IMG/VR virus record: IMGVR_UViG_3300034102_001074 | From: an uncultured virus (IMG/VR IMGVR_UViG_3300034102_001074) | Taxonomy: Duplodnaviria > Heunggongvirae > Uroviricota > Caudoviricetes | Length of the DNA stretch: 64,000 bases | Strand: one strand, 5' to 3' | Shown: one piece after another, positions 41,001-48,541 of the stretch | Numbering within the stretch: position 1 is the first letter of the stretch | Layout: each line of letters opens with the position of its first letter | Notes under the pieces: generated by a model | The model's database searches: none | What the model was told of the DNA's origin: nothing | Seen by the model: the letters and a program-made list of their open reading frames with translations, nothing else | Position numbers and translations under genes: made by a program

Positions 41001-42754
41001 GCAAGTGCAGCACCAAGTTTAGTAATAGACATTGCAGTCTTAGTTATGTATCCTACAAAGTTTGCAAATACACCAACAAGCATAATGATAGGTCCAGCAA
41101 TTAAAGTAAATCCAGTGGCAACCTTTAAAAAGCTTTTAACTGGACCAGGAAGACCCTTTGAGTATTCAACTAAAGTATTAATAAGGTTTGCTGTTTTTTC
41201 AATAAAAGGTATTACGGAGTTTGTTAGTGCTTCTCCAACAGGAAGCAAGGATGCCTTAATTGCCTCCATAGATCTTTGAAAACGCATAGCAGATGATTCT
41301 GTAAGGGTTCTAATTTCAGAATTTGCAATTGTTGCAAGGTCTTGTGATGAAGCAGACATAAGTTTTAGTACTTCTACGGTTTGAGATCCAGATGCATTTA
41401 AATTGTCAAAAAGTGCAGAAATTCTTGCAAACTGATACTTACCAAAAAGCTGTTCAATAATTTGTGCCTTAGCAAACGAGTCAAGTCCAGCAAGTGCTTC
41501 TTGAAAAGCCATAATAGTTGGCATGAGCTTTCCCTTGTTTGCTTTTACAATCCCGTCAAGGTCAATTCCGTATTGTTTTGCAGTTTCTGATGCTTGTCTT
41601 GTTGGATTGATAAGGGAGGCGAGACCAGACTTAATTGCGTTTGCACCTTCAGCAGCGTTCACGCCTCCCTCTTTCATTGCCACGAGAAGGACTGCAAGAT
41701 CTTTAACATCTCCACCAAGAGAATTAATAACTGGACCAACACGAGGAATTGCTTCAGTTAAATCTTGGAGTGATGCAGATGTTTGGTTTTCTACAGCGTT
41801 AAGAAAGTTAATTGACTCTGCAAGTTCTGTTGTACTCATGTTAAAAGCACCTTGAAGTGCGAGGGTTGCCTTCATTGCTTCTTGTCTGTCAACTTCACCA
41901 AGTACGGCTAGTCTGGTTGTCTGTGCAACTGAGTCAAGTAATTTTTGTCCTTCTAAACCTGTTGCAGCTAAATCTGCTGCAAGACCTGCGGTTTCTTTTG
42001 CAGCAATGCCATACTTTCCAGCAAAATCTTTTGATAGTTGCTCTACTTGAGCTCTCATTGAATTTGTTGCTTGCTGGTTTGCTGATACAAGATCTGATCC
42101 ATAAACTTTAGCAAATCTTGTAAGTTCTTTATCTACTTCTCTAAATGTTTTAGATACAGTTGAGCCAAAAATTGTTAACGGAACTGTAAGACCAACAGTA
42201 AGCTGACGACCAGCCCACTGAGTATTTTTACCCCAGTTAATAAGCTGTGTTGCACCATCACTTACAAGTTTGTTAAAGATAGAGAATTGTTTTTGGCTAA
42301 TAGCCATTTTTGTATTAATGTCAGAGGTATCAATTGTAAGAGGGGTTATCAACATTCCTTGCTGACGACCCTTTTGGTTTTGTCCCATTCCAACAAGTTG
42401 AGATTGTGCTCTTCTTACTTCATCTTCAGCAAGCCTTCTAGCCATACTATTCTTTTTATAGGCTTGTGCTGCTTCTTTGTAGTATTGACGAAGCGTTAAT
42501 TGGTTTCTTTGAAGAGCTTTTCCAAATCTTTCTACGTCACTTGTAAGGTCAACAATTTGAGCATTAAAGCCACCAATATTTCCAAGGCTGGACATGAAAG
42601 AACCTGCACGAGCATTTCTTACCTTATTGGCTTCATTATCAAGAGACTTGAAAGCAGCATTAAGTACAGTAATGTCTTTTACAAGAGATCTGATTTGTGT
42701 TTGGGCAGGACCAAAGTTTGCATCATAACTAAATTGAGACCTAACGTCTGACAC
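35045..42754 (-). CDS. Tape measure protein (2569 aa) with internal kinase-like domain and C-terminal M23 peptidase
   Basis: Follows the tail chaperones; TP901-type TMP core, long coiled coils and hydrophobic segments; M23 motifs AIDY...YAHL...STGPHLHFE. Confidence 0.93.
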   Translation of the reverse strand: MSDVRSQFSYDANFGPAQTQIRSLVKDITVLNAAFKSLDNEANKVRNARAGSFMSSLGNIGGFNAQIVDLTSDVERFGKALQRNQLTLRQYYKEAAQAYKKNSMARRLAEDEVRRAQSQLVGMGQNQKGRQQGMLITPLTIDTSDINTKMAISQKQFSIFNKLVSDGATQLINWGKNTQWAGRQLTVGLTVPLTIFGSTVSKTFREVDKELTRFAKVYGSDLVSANQQATNSMRAQVEQLSKDFAGKYGIAAKETAGLAADLAATGLEGQKLLDSVAQTTRLAVLGEVDRQEAMKATLALQGAFNMSTTELAESINFLNAVENQTSASLQDLTEAIPRVGPVINSLGGDVKDLAVLLVAMKEGGVNAAEGANAIKSGLASLINPTRQASETAKQYGIDLDGIVKANKGKLMPTIMAFQEALAGLDSFAKAQIIEQLFGKYQFARISALFDNLNASGSQTVEVLKLMSASSQDLATIANSEIRTLTESSAMRFQRSMEAIKASLLPVGEALTNSVIPFIEKTANLINTLVEYSKGLPGPVKSFLKVATGFTLIAGPIIMLVGVFANFVGYITKTAMSITKLGAALAGLRTEKFEVLDDTQLAASKASDVLSSAYNNQRSSLDKLNLTMEAYLANLREEVTLSNQLFMPGTTPGRAAKGKGKKAKLAMGGQPYVPGSGNGDKVPALLEPGEFVVNKKATEKFGPLLEHINFKQAPRFQNGGPIGLIRGGGKPLFLGMPEKFSEKIGNVRGLLKNSDQEARTGRFASMEVTPIGTRVDRMGGFSSAIPGVNGVYEINGKRYVVKGHTDSDSALAEARGAQLTRDIFGLKTPDQEVIKIAHPQTGELMFAVRSPYDEAFAKSSGKVDPEDFAAQALASIIRRDSDLQPDNLHGNVVSDVGAAFVANRASQPRTVGGDQVPVSEQALINFLAKKGGAKKWFAESTGDIARSMSPQQYEDMFMAKIDDAMGRTRGAIDNLPDLTPQERKMYERIVTDLEEARNIDWKSLHAHHTGLSPTIAKSPTAAALAKKQAEAVEKARQKGHAVGTGGMPWAYSNGGFIKLIEGGKVPGYKALEKLVASNVMPGSQASIDDWITNTLSRIDNKDDAKIVVQALTEKLKTGTGLGRRDVITDDLLSDLGKKLPKLANREGRLTRRPGRSLTGTGRPSEIAKIRAEQQKQINSMETAIRERLQAKGFSDSEIEKLSRVEAAHLSKETIIGKDGEEYKVWRPKNLSWMPQAENLAFEYLTRGGPNTSAFESALREAGATPGQIKSILSGNHPTSGKGRERFLSALAILESNGSLSGTKTLDWIRATNALNGTEPVYSPKKGIVGKNDPRYDEAFTGTAKGKSPSSPKAVDAKTGRPATKKSVGKHQRGGRSVVIDSTETVADRKFVELAENGINDGTDIKAQRKAAMGHKAGAIGGLAMTGAFMLPAITGTNEALSKFTNTIMTAMTALSVLTTIMQVRGISGGGMGISGKAKALRTGVGYGISGGSLDGKFDKKGIENRAFAAQKEKAGAGRVMGGLANKALGAGKGGMLARGALGALAIGGPLTIGIMAGLAVLTVAYNKYQQSLINARKAGEALYASQTNAAQYFGIELKSVNAAMQENIKLAKEMGFSKGASAAAVDPALKETVLQQEENQKIVEQLKNSEDPAAIYLGQYGRMLQQGFTADQAQQILAVLAQASGKMDSLRSIQGQMDSATVLDKNGNVDQRATEINATKLVEEAVTLNIDNLFMQVSSKTAVQNALLNDANTLPLGEQPIPIPVAPQPEMTKLSGEEDFKNLTGQITGALNAALTSPDVIKGFNMLSTTVDQVYANAEETGTNIGKTTQALQQANLDKAKELGYADDSKFVLTLKDALVSADSEAEGIKNQMLLLQAEAMNIDLTQLIADLKNSKDEAFGLQQQIAAVETQKRIDIEINSNVQEAISVIDAEIQTRTAYYDQLIANNESAQESENERTKNFQKNMEKRNKAIQKEIKGIQRAADEQIKSKEKEIDAIEESSEKYLKALESQKEESSFLASQGQTALGGLNALASGDVIGFLQARDEMASSAQENAQQSEIKKIEDLTDARVTDIEKTIDSIKEKADAETQTLQDQLDANQELMDKESERHDNRMEALNKESIQIQKNKADELNKFNSAKSALEDFINTPVGEKLGKDLSEYATAITTVASNMPAESQAIMKGLAEGFTSGFSGVFNQQIDAAAKEFDLDPTSLKELIENSLPKAGKNNPAAKDGTGTYADGGYVSGPGTSTSDSIPARLSNGEYVVKADSVKRIGKGTLDKINNGDRVGGVAIASAGAITGSMGQRIGATTIANALVQKASESINEEPENNDGGGSGLPSSIPEKLGAVAKILRQAFPISARGLYPSGKQHSARYATAIDYKTPTGTPVYAMASGTASQRNRGNSSFGRFVTIKHSDGTESLYAHLNEFGKDGSVSAGDLIGYSGNSGNSTGPHLHFEWSALKNGENPPGMRIGGETMSDGLANLHKGEIVLTKPLTQQLKDGIAELKFGMPSISGISPIDSGTMVSSSNTYNISVDASGPSMDPNKIAQKIVTAISREEDRRSFGRSS

Positions 42755-43134
42755 TAACTTTCACCTATCAATGAGTATGACATTCCAACGTCTGAGGTAA
42801 AACCATATTTCATGGCTCTTGCTGCCTCATCGCTACCTGTCAATTTCTTCATTGCCCTCGCTTGAATTTCTTGGTAAGATACTGGAGCATCACTTCCAGA
42901 ACTTCCAGAAGAACTTTCGTCAAGTTTAACTCCCTGCAATGCAGCAAAAAACTTTTGACTTCGTTCGTCTTTCTTATAAATAGCCTCAAGTGTTGCCACA
43001 AGTTCAGGCATAGAAAGAGAACTTTCTAGTTCTTCATAATCCTTCCAGTGACCTAAAAGGAAAACTTCTGATTCTAGAGCAGCTAGGTCTAGTTCTGACC
43101 AACTAGTTCCTGAGCTGCTGCTAGCAGGTTTGGG
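42754..43134 (-). CDS. Tail assembly chaperone, -1 frame extension (gpGT-like C-terminal part)
   Basis: The frame of ORF 42754..43011 stays open upstream to the slippery heptamer C CCA AAC (43128-43134). Confidence 0.8.
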   Translation of the reverse strand, partial: PKPASSSSGTSWSELDLAALESEVFLLGHWKDYEELESSLSMPELVATLEAIYKKDERSQKFFAALQGVKLDESSSGSSGSDAPVSYQEIQARAMKKLTGSDEAARAMKYGFTSDVGMSYSLIGES

Positions 43135-43424
43135 TCGTTCAACCTAATGTCTGCTGCTACCTCTAGAATTTTATACATTGTCTGAAGGTCCAAAGCATCT
43201 TCTAGCTTTTCTGGATCATCTGCCAATACTGGATGGTACTGCTTAAATGCAATCTTTGTGCATTCTAGCAAAACACTAAGAAATTCATCTTCTGTTTCTG
43301 CTGAAGTTGCAGTTGCCCATACCTTCATTACTTCTCTTAAGTTTTTAATATTTAATGGTTTGATTGTTACTTCGGTACCGTCTAGTAATTCTAGGTCAAT
43401 ACTTTCATAAATTTTTGTTGCCAC
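43089..43424 (-). CDS. Tail assembly chaperone (gpG-like)
   Basis: Between major tail and tape measure genes; GGAGG RBS with GTG start. Confidence 0.85.
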   Translation of the reverse strand: MATKIYESIDLELLDGTEVTIKPLNIKNLREVMKVWATATSAETEDEFLSVLLECTKIAFKQYHPVLADDPEKLEDALDLQTMYKILEVAADIRLNDPNLLAAAQELVGQN

Positions 43425-43480
43425 AATTTCCTCCTGTGTGATTCCTTTTAATTATATAGTATTTCTCATACAAATGGAAT

Positions 43481-43504
43481 AAGGTGGGTCCTAAGACCCA
43501 CCTT
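43481..43504 (-). terminator. Intrinsic terminator after major tail gene
   Basis: AAGGTGGGTC-ctaa-GACCCACCTT, a perfect 10-bp stem. Confidence 0.8.
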
Positions 43505-43528
43505 AAACCTATTAAATTATAACTTAGG

Positions 43529-44233
43529 TTAAACCTGACCGTATACACGGTCAATTACCTTACCATAAGTCTGATTGCCATCAGGGGCATTGTACTCTGA
43601 TTCAGAGGCAGGGAGAAGACGGAAAGATACAGGGAATACTGTAGCTTCATTTCTTCTAATACCAACTGTAACAGTTTCCATGGAAAGGGCTCGGTATCCA
43701 ACGTAAAGACGCTCTACCTTCTTTCCAGCTGAAATACCACCTGCTGCGACCTTTGAATCTGGTCCAGGACCAACTACAAGAACTGATCTTTCTACTGGGG
43801 AGTATCCAAGAGCACCACCATTTAGGAAGACTGTTTCTTGAGCACCGTTTATGTTAGCAGATCCACCTGTTTTATCACCGTCTTTGCCACCAATGGTAAC
43901 AAGAAAGTTTTCTAGAGTTGCTTCTGTGAATGTTGTGTTCAACATAACACGCTGACCTTGCTTGAAGATCTTTGCTACGTCAAGAAGCTGATCTACCTGT
44001 ACTTCACCGTAATCTGGTTCAAAGGACATTTCTGCACCTTCTGAAGTATAGCCAACGTGTCTCCACTTTGTATCATCAACCTTGGAAGGATCTGTGAAAG
44101 TATTTCCATTTACATCCGAAGCCAATGTGTTTGGTGACTTTGCGATATCTGTTTCGTCATAGATTACGCCAGCATCTTTACCAATGTAAAGGACACCAGC
44201 ACCTACGATAATATTTTTTGCACTATAAGACAT
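43529..44233 (-). CDS. Major tail protein
   Basis: NIIVGAG.LY, VGYTSEG, VDQLLD and EATLEN motifs; strong GGAGGTG RBS; downstream terminator. Confidence 0.88.
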   Translation of the reverse strand: MSYSAKNIIVGAGVLYIGKDAGVIYDETDIAKSPNTLASDVNGNTFTDPSKVDDTKWRHVGYTSEGAEMSFEPDYGEVQVDQLLDVAKIFKQGQRVMLNTTFTEATLENFLVTIGGKDGDKTGGSANINGAQETVFLNGGALGYSPVERSVLVVGPGPDSKVAAGGISAGKKVERLYVGYRALSMETVTVGIRRNEATVFPVSFRLLPASESEYNAPDGNQTYGKVIDRVYGQV

Positions 44234-44313
44234 TTATTTATTTACACCTCCTGCCAAAATAAATTTTTTTAGCTTTTCAGCGTTTCCTCAAGATAATAGT
44301 ACCATGATCATAC

Positions 44314-44874
44314 TTATGATTTAGTGTACTCATATGTAAGGATAAGGCTGGAAATTTTTCTGTCATCTTCTGCTCTGTCCCCAAGAAAGTCTAAATCTGG
44401 ACTTTCCTGATCTGCTCTAATATACTTAAATCTAATGTTATTGCTAGCTTGTGATGAATTGTTAATTGCTTGGGCAGATTCGTCAAATTTCTTTACTAAG
44501 TCAAAAATGTAGTTTTTTACATACTGAATATTGGCAATATCCTGTTGTTGTTCGGAGCTTGTTACAAAATAGAAGATAGTTTGTGCTTTTTCAAGTGCCC
44601 ACATTGTTCCTTTTATTGGGGGATAAATTGTGTCGTAAATGATGTAGGTAGATGGATACAGTGTATTTGGATTTGCTACTCTAAGGTCAGCAACCATTTG
44701 GTCCATGCTTTTTCCAGCTTCTAAGAATAATATTCTTGAACCGTCAGTAATCCCGTTAGGAAGTGAGGTATTAAATGCTTTTACGTTCCAAACACCATGT
44801 ATTTCTTGGGTTCCAGCAATTGCCTTGTTGTAAAGATATTTATTAATAATATGAATTGGAAGCTCTAATGCCAT
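44314..44874 (-). CDS. Probable tail terminator/completion protein
   Basis: Assigned by position just before the major tail gene. Confidence 0.5.
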   Translation of the reverse strand: MALELPIHIINKYLYNKAIAGTQEIHGVWNVKAFNTSLPNGITDGSRILFLEAGKSMDQMVADLRVANPNTLYPSTYIIYDTIYPPIKGTMWALEKAQTIFYFVTSSEQQQDIANIQYVKNYIFDLVKKFDESAQAINNSSQASNNIRFKYIRADQESPDLDFLGDRAEDDRKISSLILTYEYTKS

Positions 44875-45599
44875 TACCTTGACCTCTTAGAAATTTTTCC
44901 TGCAGATGCTGCTGCTTGCATAGCCATACCTGAAATTGTACCACTAGAAATCTTACGAAGTACTAGTTTTGTTTCTGATAATATTGCTCTTTCTATTCTT
45001 TCATAAAATCCAAGATCAATAAGCACATCATTTGCCCTAGATGACATAAATTGATTAAAGGTTTCAGTAAAGGAGTTTTGTACTGCTACGCCTCCAGGAT
45101 TTGCAACATAGCTTTGCTTTGAAAACACAAGCTCTCCGTCAACCTCAAATACTAGGGACTTTGCTCTTTTTGGAGTAATTGTTACTGGAGTTCCAGACTC
45201 CATAATGAATGCTTTAGATTTAAAGACTTGACCGCTTTCACCAGGAATTTTTGATGGCAAAAAAGTATATTGTAAAACTGCTTTATTTTTATCAGAAGTT
45301 ACGTTTGACTTAAATAGTCTTGCTCTTGGATCTCCAGATTGACCAGGCTCATATATGTGATGATATTTAGTTGGATTTACTCTTGCTAAGTGATCTATAT
45401 AAGACTCAAAATACTTGGATATGTGTCGTAGCCCATACTCTTGTATTCTTACCTTTTCTTCATTAGAAAGTCTATTTATTAACTCTGCTTGAAAGTGTGC
45501 AGTTGCTGCAATTTTTTGAGGCAGCTCTCCAGTTCTAATAGATTTAAACTTTGTTTTTTTTGTTAATGAAGCAATTTTTGTGGAATCAATTCTAGACAT
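44874..45599 (-). CDS. Neck/tail completion protein
   Basis: Position; FIMESG.PV.I.PK.AKSLVF motif. Confidence 0.55.
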   Translation of the reverse strand: MSRIDSTKIASLTKKTKFKSIRTGELPQKIAATAHFQAELINRLSNEEKVRIQEYGLRHISKYFESYIDHLARVNPTKYHHIYEPGQSGDPRARLFKSNVTSDKNKAVLQYTFLPSKIPGESGQVFKSKAFIMESGTPVTITPKRAKSLVFEVDGELVFSKQSYVANPGGVAVQNSFTETFNQFMSSRANDVLIDLGFYERIERAILSETKLVLRKISSGTISGMAMQAAASAGKISKRSR

Positions 45600-46034
45600 T
45601 TAAACTCCATTTAACTTTTGAACTTCTGGTCTCATTAAAATTGTTTCATATTCAACAATGTGTCCACGATGATCTGCTATTGGGGTGCTTCCACGAGGCT
45701 CAAATATGGTTGAACCATTAACTCCAGTTGAAGGACTTTCTTTCCAAATAACAAGACCATCAGAGTTTTTAATGTTTGCTACTTTTACTGTAGAGTCTAA
45801 AGTTACTCCAGCCCTTACTTTTACTAAACTATTTGTTACTTTTAAAAACTCATCAATATTTACTGTGGTTGAGTTATCTCCAAGACCAGCCCTAACAATT
45901 CCTCTTGCAAGACACGGAATAGTTTGATTAAAAACCCAAGTTCTTGTAATAGATCCAGTAGTTGAGTTTTGTGAAATAGATGCTACATAAATGTCTGCGG
46001 TCATTGTATATGCTGATTTAGCGACACATGTCAT
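45600..46034 (-). CDS. Head closure/stopper-like protein
   Basis: Position after the adaptor; beta-rich, 144 aa. Confidence 0.55.
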   Translation of the reverse strand: MTCVAKSAYTMTADIYVASISQNSTTGSITRTWVFNQTIPCLARGIVRAGLGDNSTTVNIDEFLKVTNSLVKVRAGVTLDSTVKVANIKNSDGLVIWKESPSTGVNGSTIFEPRGSTPIADHRGHIVEYETILMRPEVQKLNGV

Positions 46035-46952
46035 TTAAATCACCAGCATATTAAAGTTCTTGTAAGGTGCAATTAATGAGTCAACTGCTAGGTTTCCAGT
46101 TCCAGAATAAATGTTTGGATTGTACTCTAAATCAAATGCATCGTTCTTTACAGACTTTAGTCCCGTATTTCTATAATTCCAGTCTCCACAACGCATATCT
46201 TCTACAAGCATAATGGTTGCTTCTTTAATTGCAAGAGGTACAAATTTCCATCCATATTCTCCACGAACTGTATAAAGACTGTTTTTTTCAAATCCACGCT
46301 CATTAGCAAGAACTGTTGGTTCTGCCCACTCAAATAAGTTGGCTCCTTCTTCAATGACTTTTAGTCTTGTTTTGCTTTCTGCAATTGCAACTGGTCTAAA
46401 AAATAGATTAATTGCAGGATCTTCTGTGGAATCAAAAACAACTTGGTCATCCTTTACTACCTTATCAAACGACTCAGTTCTTTTTCTTAGATCTAGAACA
46501 TCACTTCCTTGACCATATGCCTGGATTGATTCATAGGTAAATCCAAACTGATCACTAACTTTAGAGTCAATGATAAATCTAGCTCTTCTCTCTAAGGCTT
46601 CTAATTGTGTTTCTTGACCAGTTATACCAAGTGCAGCCTGAATGTCTGTTACAGTTGCGTATGGTCTCACCAAAGAGGCATATAGTGTATCTTCTGTAAA
46701 AGAAGCTTGGTCAATCACCTGAAGATTAAGTTGAATTTTTCTATTGTATTTTACAACATCATATGGTAGTGTGATATGGAATGGCTGGTAGGCAACTGGG
46801 GTAGTTACAGCAGTTTTCTTTTCTGCTTCATCCGCAATTAAATAAACTCCAAGAGATGTATCATAAACATCATAAATTAAGCTATCTGTTCCAGCAGGGG
46901 CTCTATATTCAATTACTAAAGCGTCTCCGTCACTAGTTAAATATTCTTTCAT
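46035..46952 (-). CDS. Head-tail adaptor protein
   Basis: YATVTD...ARFIID...YGWKFVPLAIKEA...TGNLAVDSLIAPY adaptor pattern. Confidence 0.75.
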   Translation of the reverse strand: MKEYLTSDGDALVIEYRAPAGTDSLIYDVYDTSLGVYLIADEAEKKTAVTTPVAYQPFHITLPYDVVKYNRKIQLNLQVIDQASFTEDTLYASLVRPYATVTDIQAALGITGQETQLEALERRARFIIDSKVSDQFGFTYESIQAYGQGSDVLDLRKRTESFDKVVKDDQVVFDSTEDPAINLFFRPVAIAESKTRLKVIEEGANLFEWAEPTVLANERGFEKNSLYTVRGEYGWKFVPLAIKEATIMLVEDMRCGDWNYRNTGLKSVKNDAFDLEYNPNIYSGTGNLAVDSLIAPYKNFNMLVI

Positions 46953-47374
46953 TAATCAATACCATAAAAAGACTTAATCTCTTCAGTTGTAGCCTTTCTA
47001 ACTTCTCCTCTTGCTAAATTTAATATCTCTTCTGCCCTGCTTGCTGACATTACCTGAAATGGCTGCTCAAATGTAAATGTCACAATATTTGAAACATTTA
47101 GAGCACTTCTTGGGTGAACCATCTTTAAAACAACATCTCCTTGAGAGGATGTTTCTACTTTTTCTTTTGTTTCTACTTTAATTTCTGCTTCTTCTTTAAT
47201 TTCCGCTTCAACAAATGTAAAGTCTTTGTCTACTTTTTCTAGATAAGATTCCCAGGTATATCCTGATTCCTCAATAGCACCAAGGTAATCAACCTTTTTC
47301 TTTAAATCTTTAACATCAATATCTAGTACTTTACAAATTGCTTTAAGCTCAAGAACTGTTTTCTTTTCAAACAT
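46952..47374 (-). CDS. Hypothetical protein with N-terminal Rho-N/HeH-like motif
   Basis: KTVLELKAICKVLDI...KKVDYL. Confidence 0.6.
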   Translation of the reverse strand: MFEKKTVLELKAICKVLDIDVKDLKKKVDYLGAIEESGYTWESYLEKVDKDFTFVEAEIKEEAEIKVETKEKVETSSQGDVVLKMVHPRSALNVSNIVTFTFEQPFQVMSASRAEEILNLARGEVRKATTEEIKSFYGID

Positions 47375-47401
47375 GCGTCTGCCTCCACATTAATTATACT
47401 A

Positions 47402-47443
47402 CAAAAAAATAGAAGAAGGGCTACATTTCTGCAACCCTTCTTC
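47402..47443 (-). terminator. Intrinsic terminator after major capsid gene
   Basis: AGAAGAAGGG...CCCTTCTTCT stem followed on the minus strand by a T-run. Confidence 0.85.
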
Positions 47444-47459
47444 TTTGTGCTTAAGCTTA

Positions 47460-48518
47460 TTAAGCTGAAGGCTGACCAACTGCAATAGCTGATTTTTCTT
47501 CAAGTGCAACGCCCATACGAACGAATACTGTGTATTCCATAGTATCCTTCTTTGGCTTGAACTCACGATGTACAGTAACATCTCTCTGGAAGCCCCAAAT
47601 ACGGTTGCTTGGTACGGTTAGATCAACATAGTTGTCTGGGTACAAAGGAACTTCTAGTACTGGGAGTCCGAAGATTAGATACTGAGCACCTGCTGGTCCA
47701 CCAATCTGTGGTAGAACACCATCGATCACTCTCTGTGCAACAGCCTCTGGAACACCACCTGCTCCGATTTGACGGAGTTCAGCGATTAGTTCCTGAAGAT
47801 GCTTGCTGTTCATGTAGAACTTCAGATCCTGACGGCGAGCCTTGAACTTACGAGGCAAAGCATTGTAGATAGTCTCCAATGCTTCTAGTGTTAGCTTTGT
47901 TGAAGCACCATCATCAGTTTCAGGAGAAGTCTCCCAAATGTTGGTCATGGTTGCAGCAGCTGCTGCAGCTTCGTGGGCACCTGCATAGTTTGTGTCAAGT
48001 GTCTGACGGATAAATCCTGCAAGGGTATTATTGTAAGTACCATTGCCAGATGATCCTGGACGACCATTGATTGCAATATCCTCAAGATCGTTACCGAACT
48101 GAGTTGCCATCAAACGTACAACGTGATCTTCTAGCTGCTGACCTTCAATGTTATCCTCTAGGGATTCTGTTGAAAGTTCGTAGTCTAGACGGAACTTGGT
48201 TGTTGTTAATTCAATCTTTGTGAATGCTGGGGCAGCGTTTGAACCTGTATCCTCAGCTTGTGTTGCCTTAGCAACAAGACGTGAACCAACACGAACCTTA
48301 TCGAGTTCCATTGTATTACCACGCATAACTACTCTACGACCATCATTGGCGAGAACCATCTCGTCAAAGATATAGTCGATAAATTGTGCTGACTGTGCTG
48401 GGTTTAGTACACCACCGTTGTCACCTGTATTTCCCTGTGCCGTCATAGCACCTGGAGATTCAAGTGGGGAGAGAACTGTACCGCTAGCAGCAGCCTTTTC
48501 TAAAATATTATCACTCAT
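47460..48518 (-). CDS. Major capsid protein (HK97 fold)
   Basis: GGVLNP.Q..FID, ELSTESLEDNIEG, FGNDLED.AING; strong RBS; downstream terminator. Confidence 0.92.
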   Translation of the reverse strand: MSDNILEKAAASGTVLSPLESPGAMTAQGNTGDNGGVLNPAQSAQFIDYIFDEMVLANDGRRVVMRGNTMELDKVRVGSRLVAKATQAEDTGSNAAPAFTKIELTTTKFRLDYELSTESLEDNIEGQQLEDHVVRLMATQFGNDLEDIAINGRPGSSGNGTYNNTLAGFIRQTLDTNYAGAHEAAAAAATMTNIWETSPETDDGASTKLTLEALETIYNALPRKFKARRQDLKFYMNSKHLQELIAELRQIGAGGVPEAVAQRVIDGVLPQIGGPAGAQYLIFGLPVLEVPLYPDNYVDLTVPSNRIWGFQRDVTVHREFKPKKDTMEYTVFVRMGVALEEKSAIAVGQPSA

Positions 48519-48541
48519 TTTTTATTTTTCACCACCTTTTC

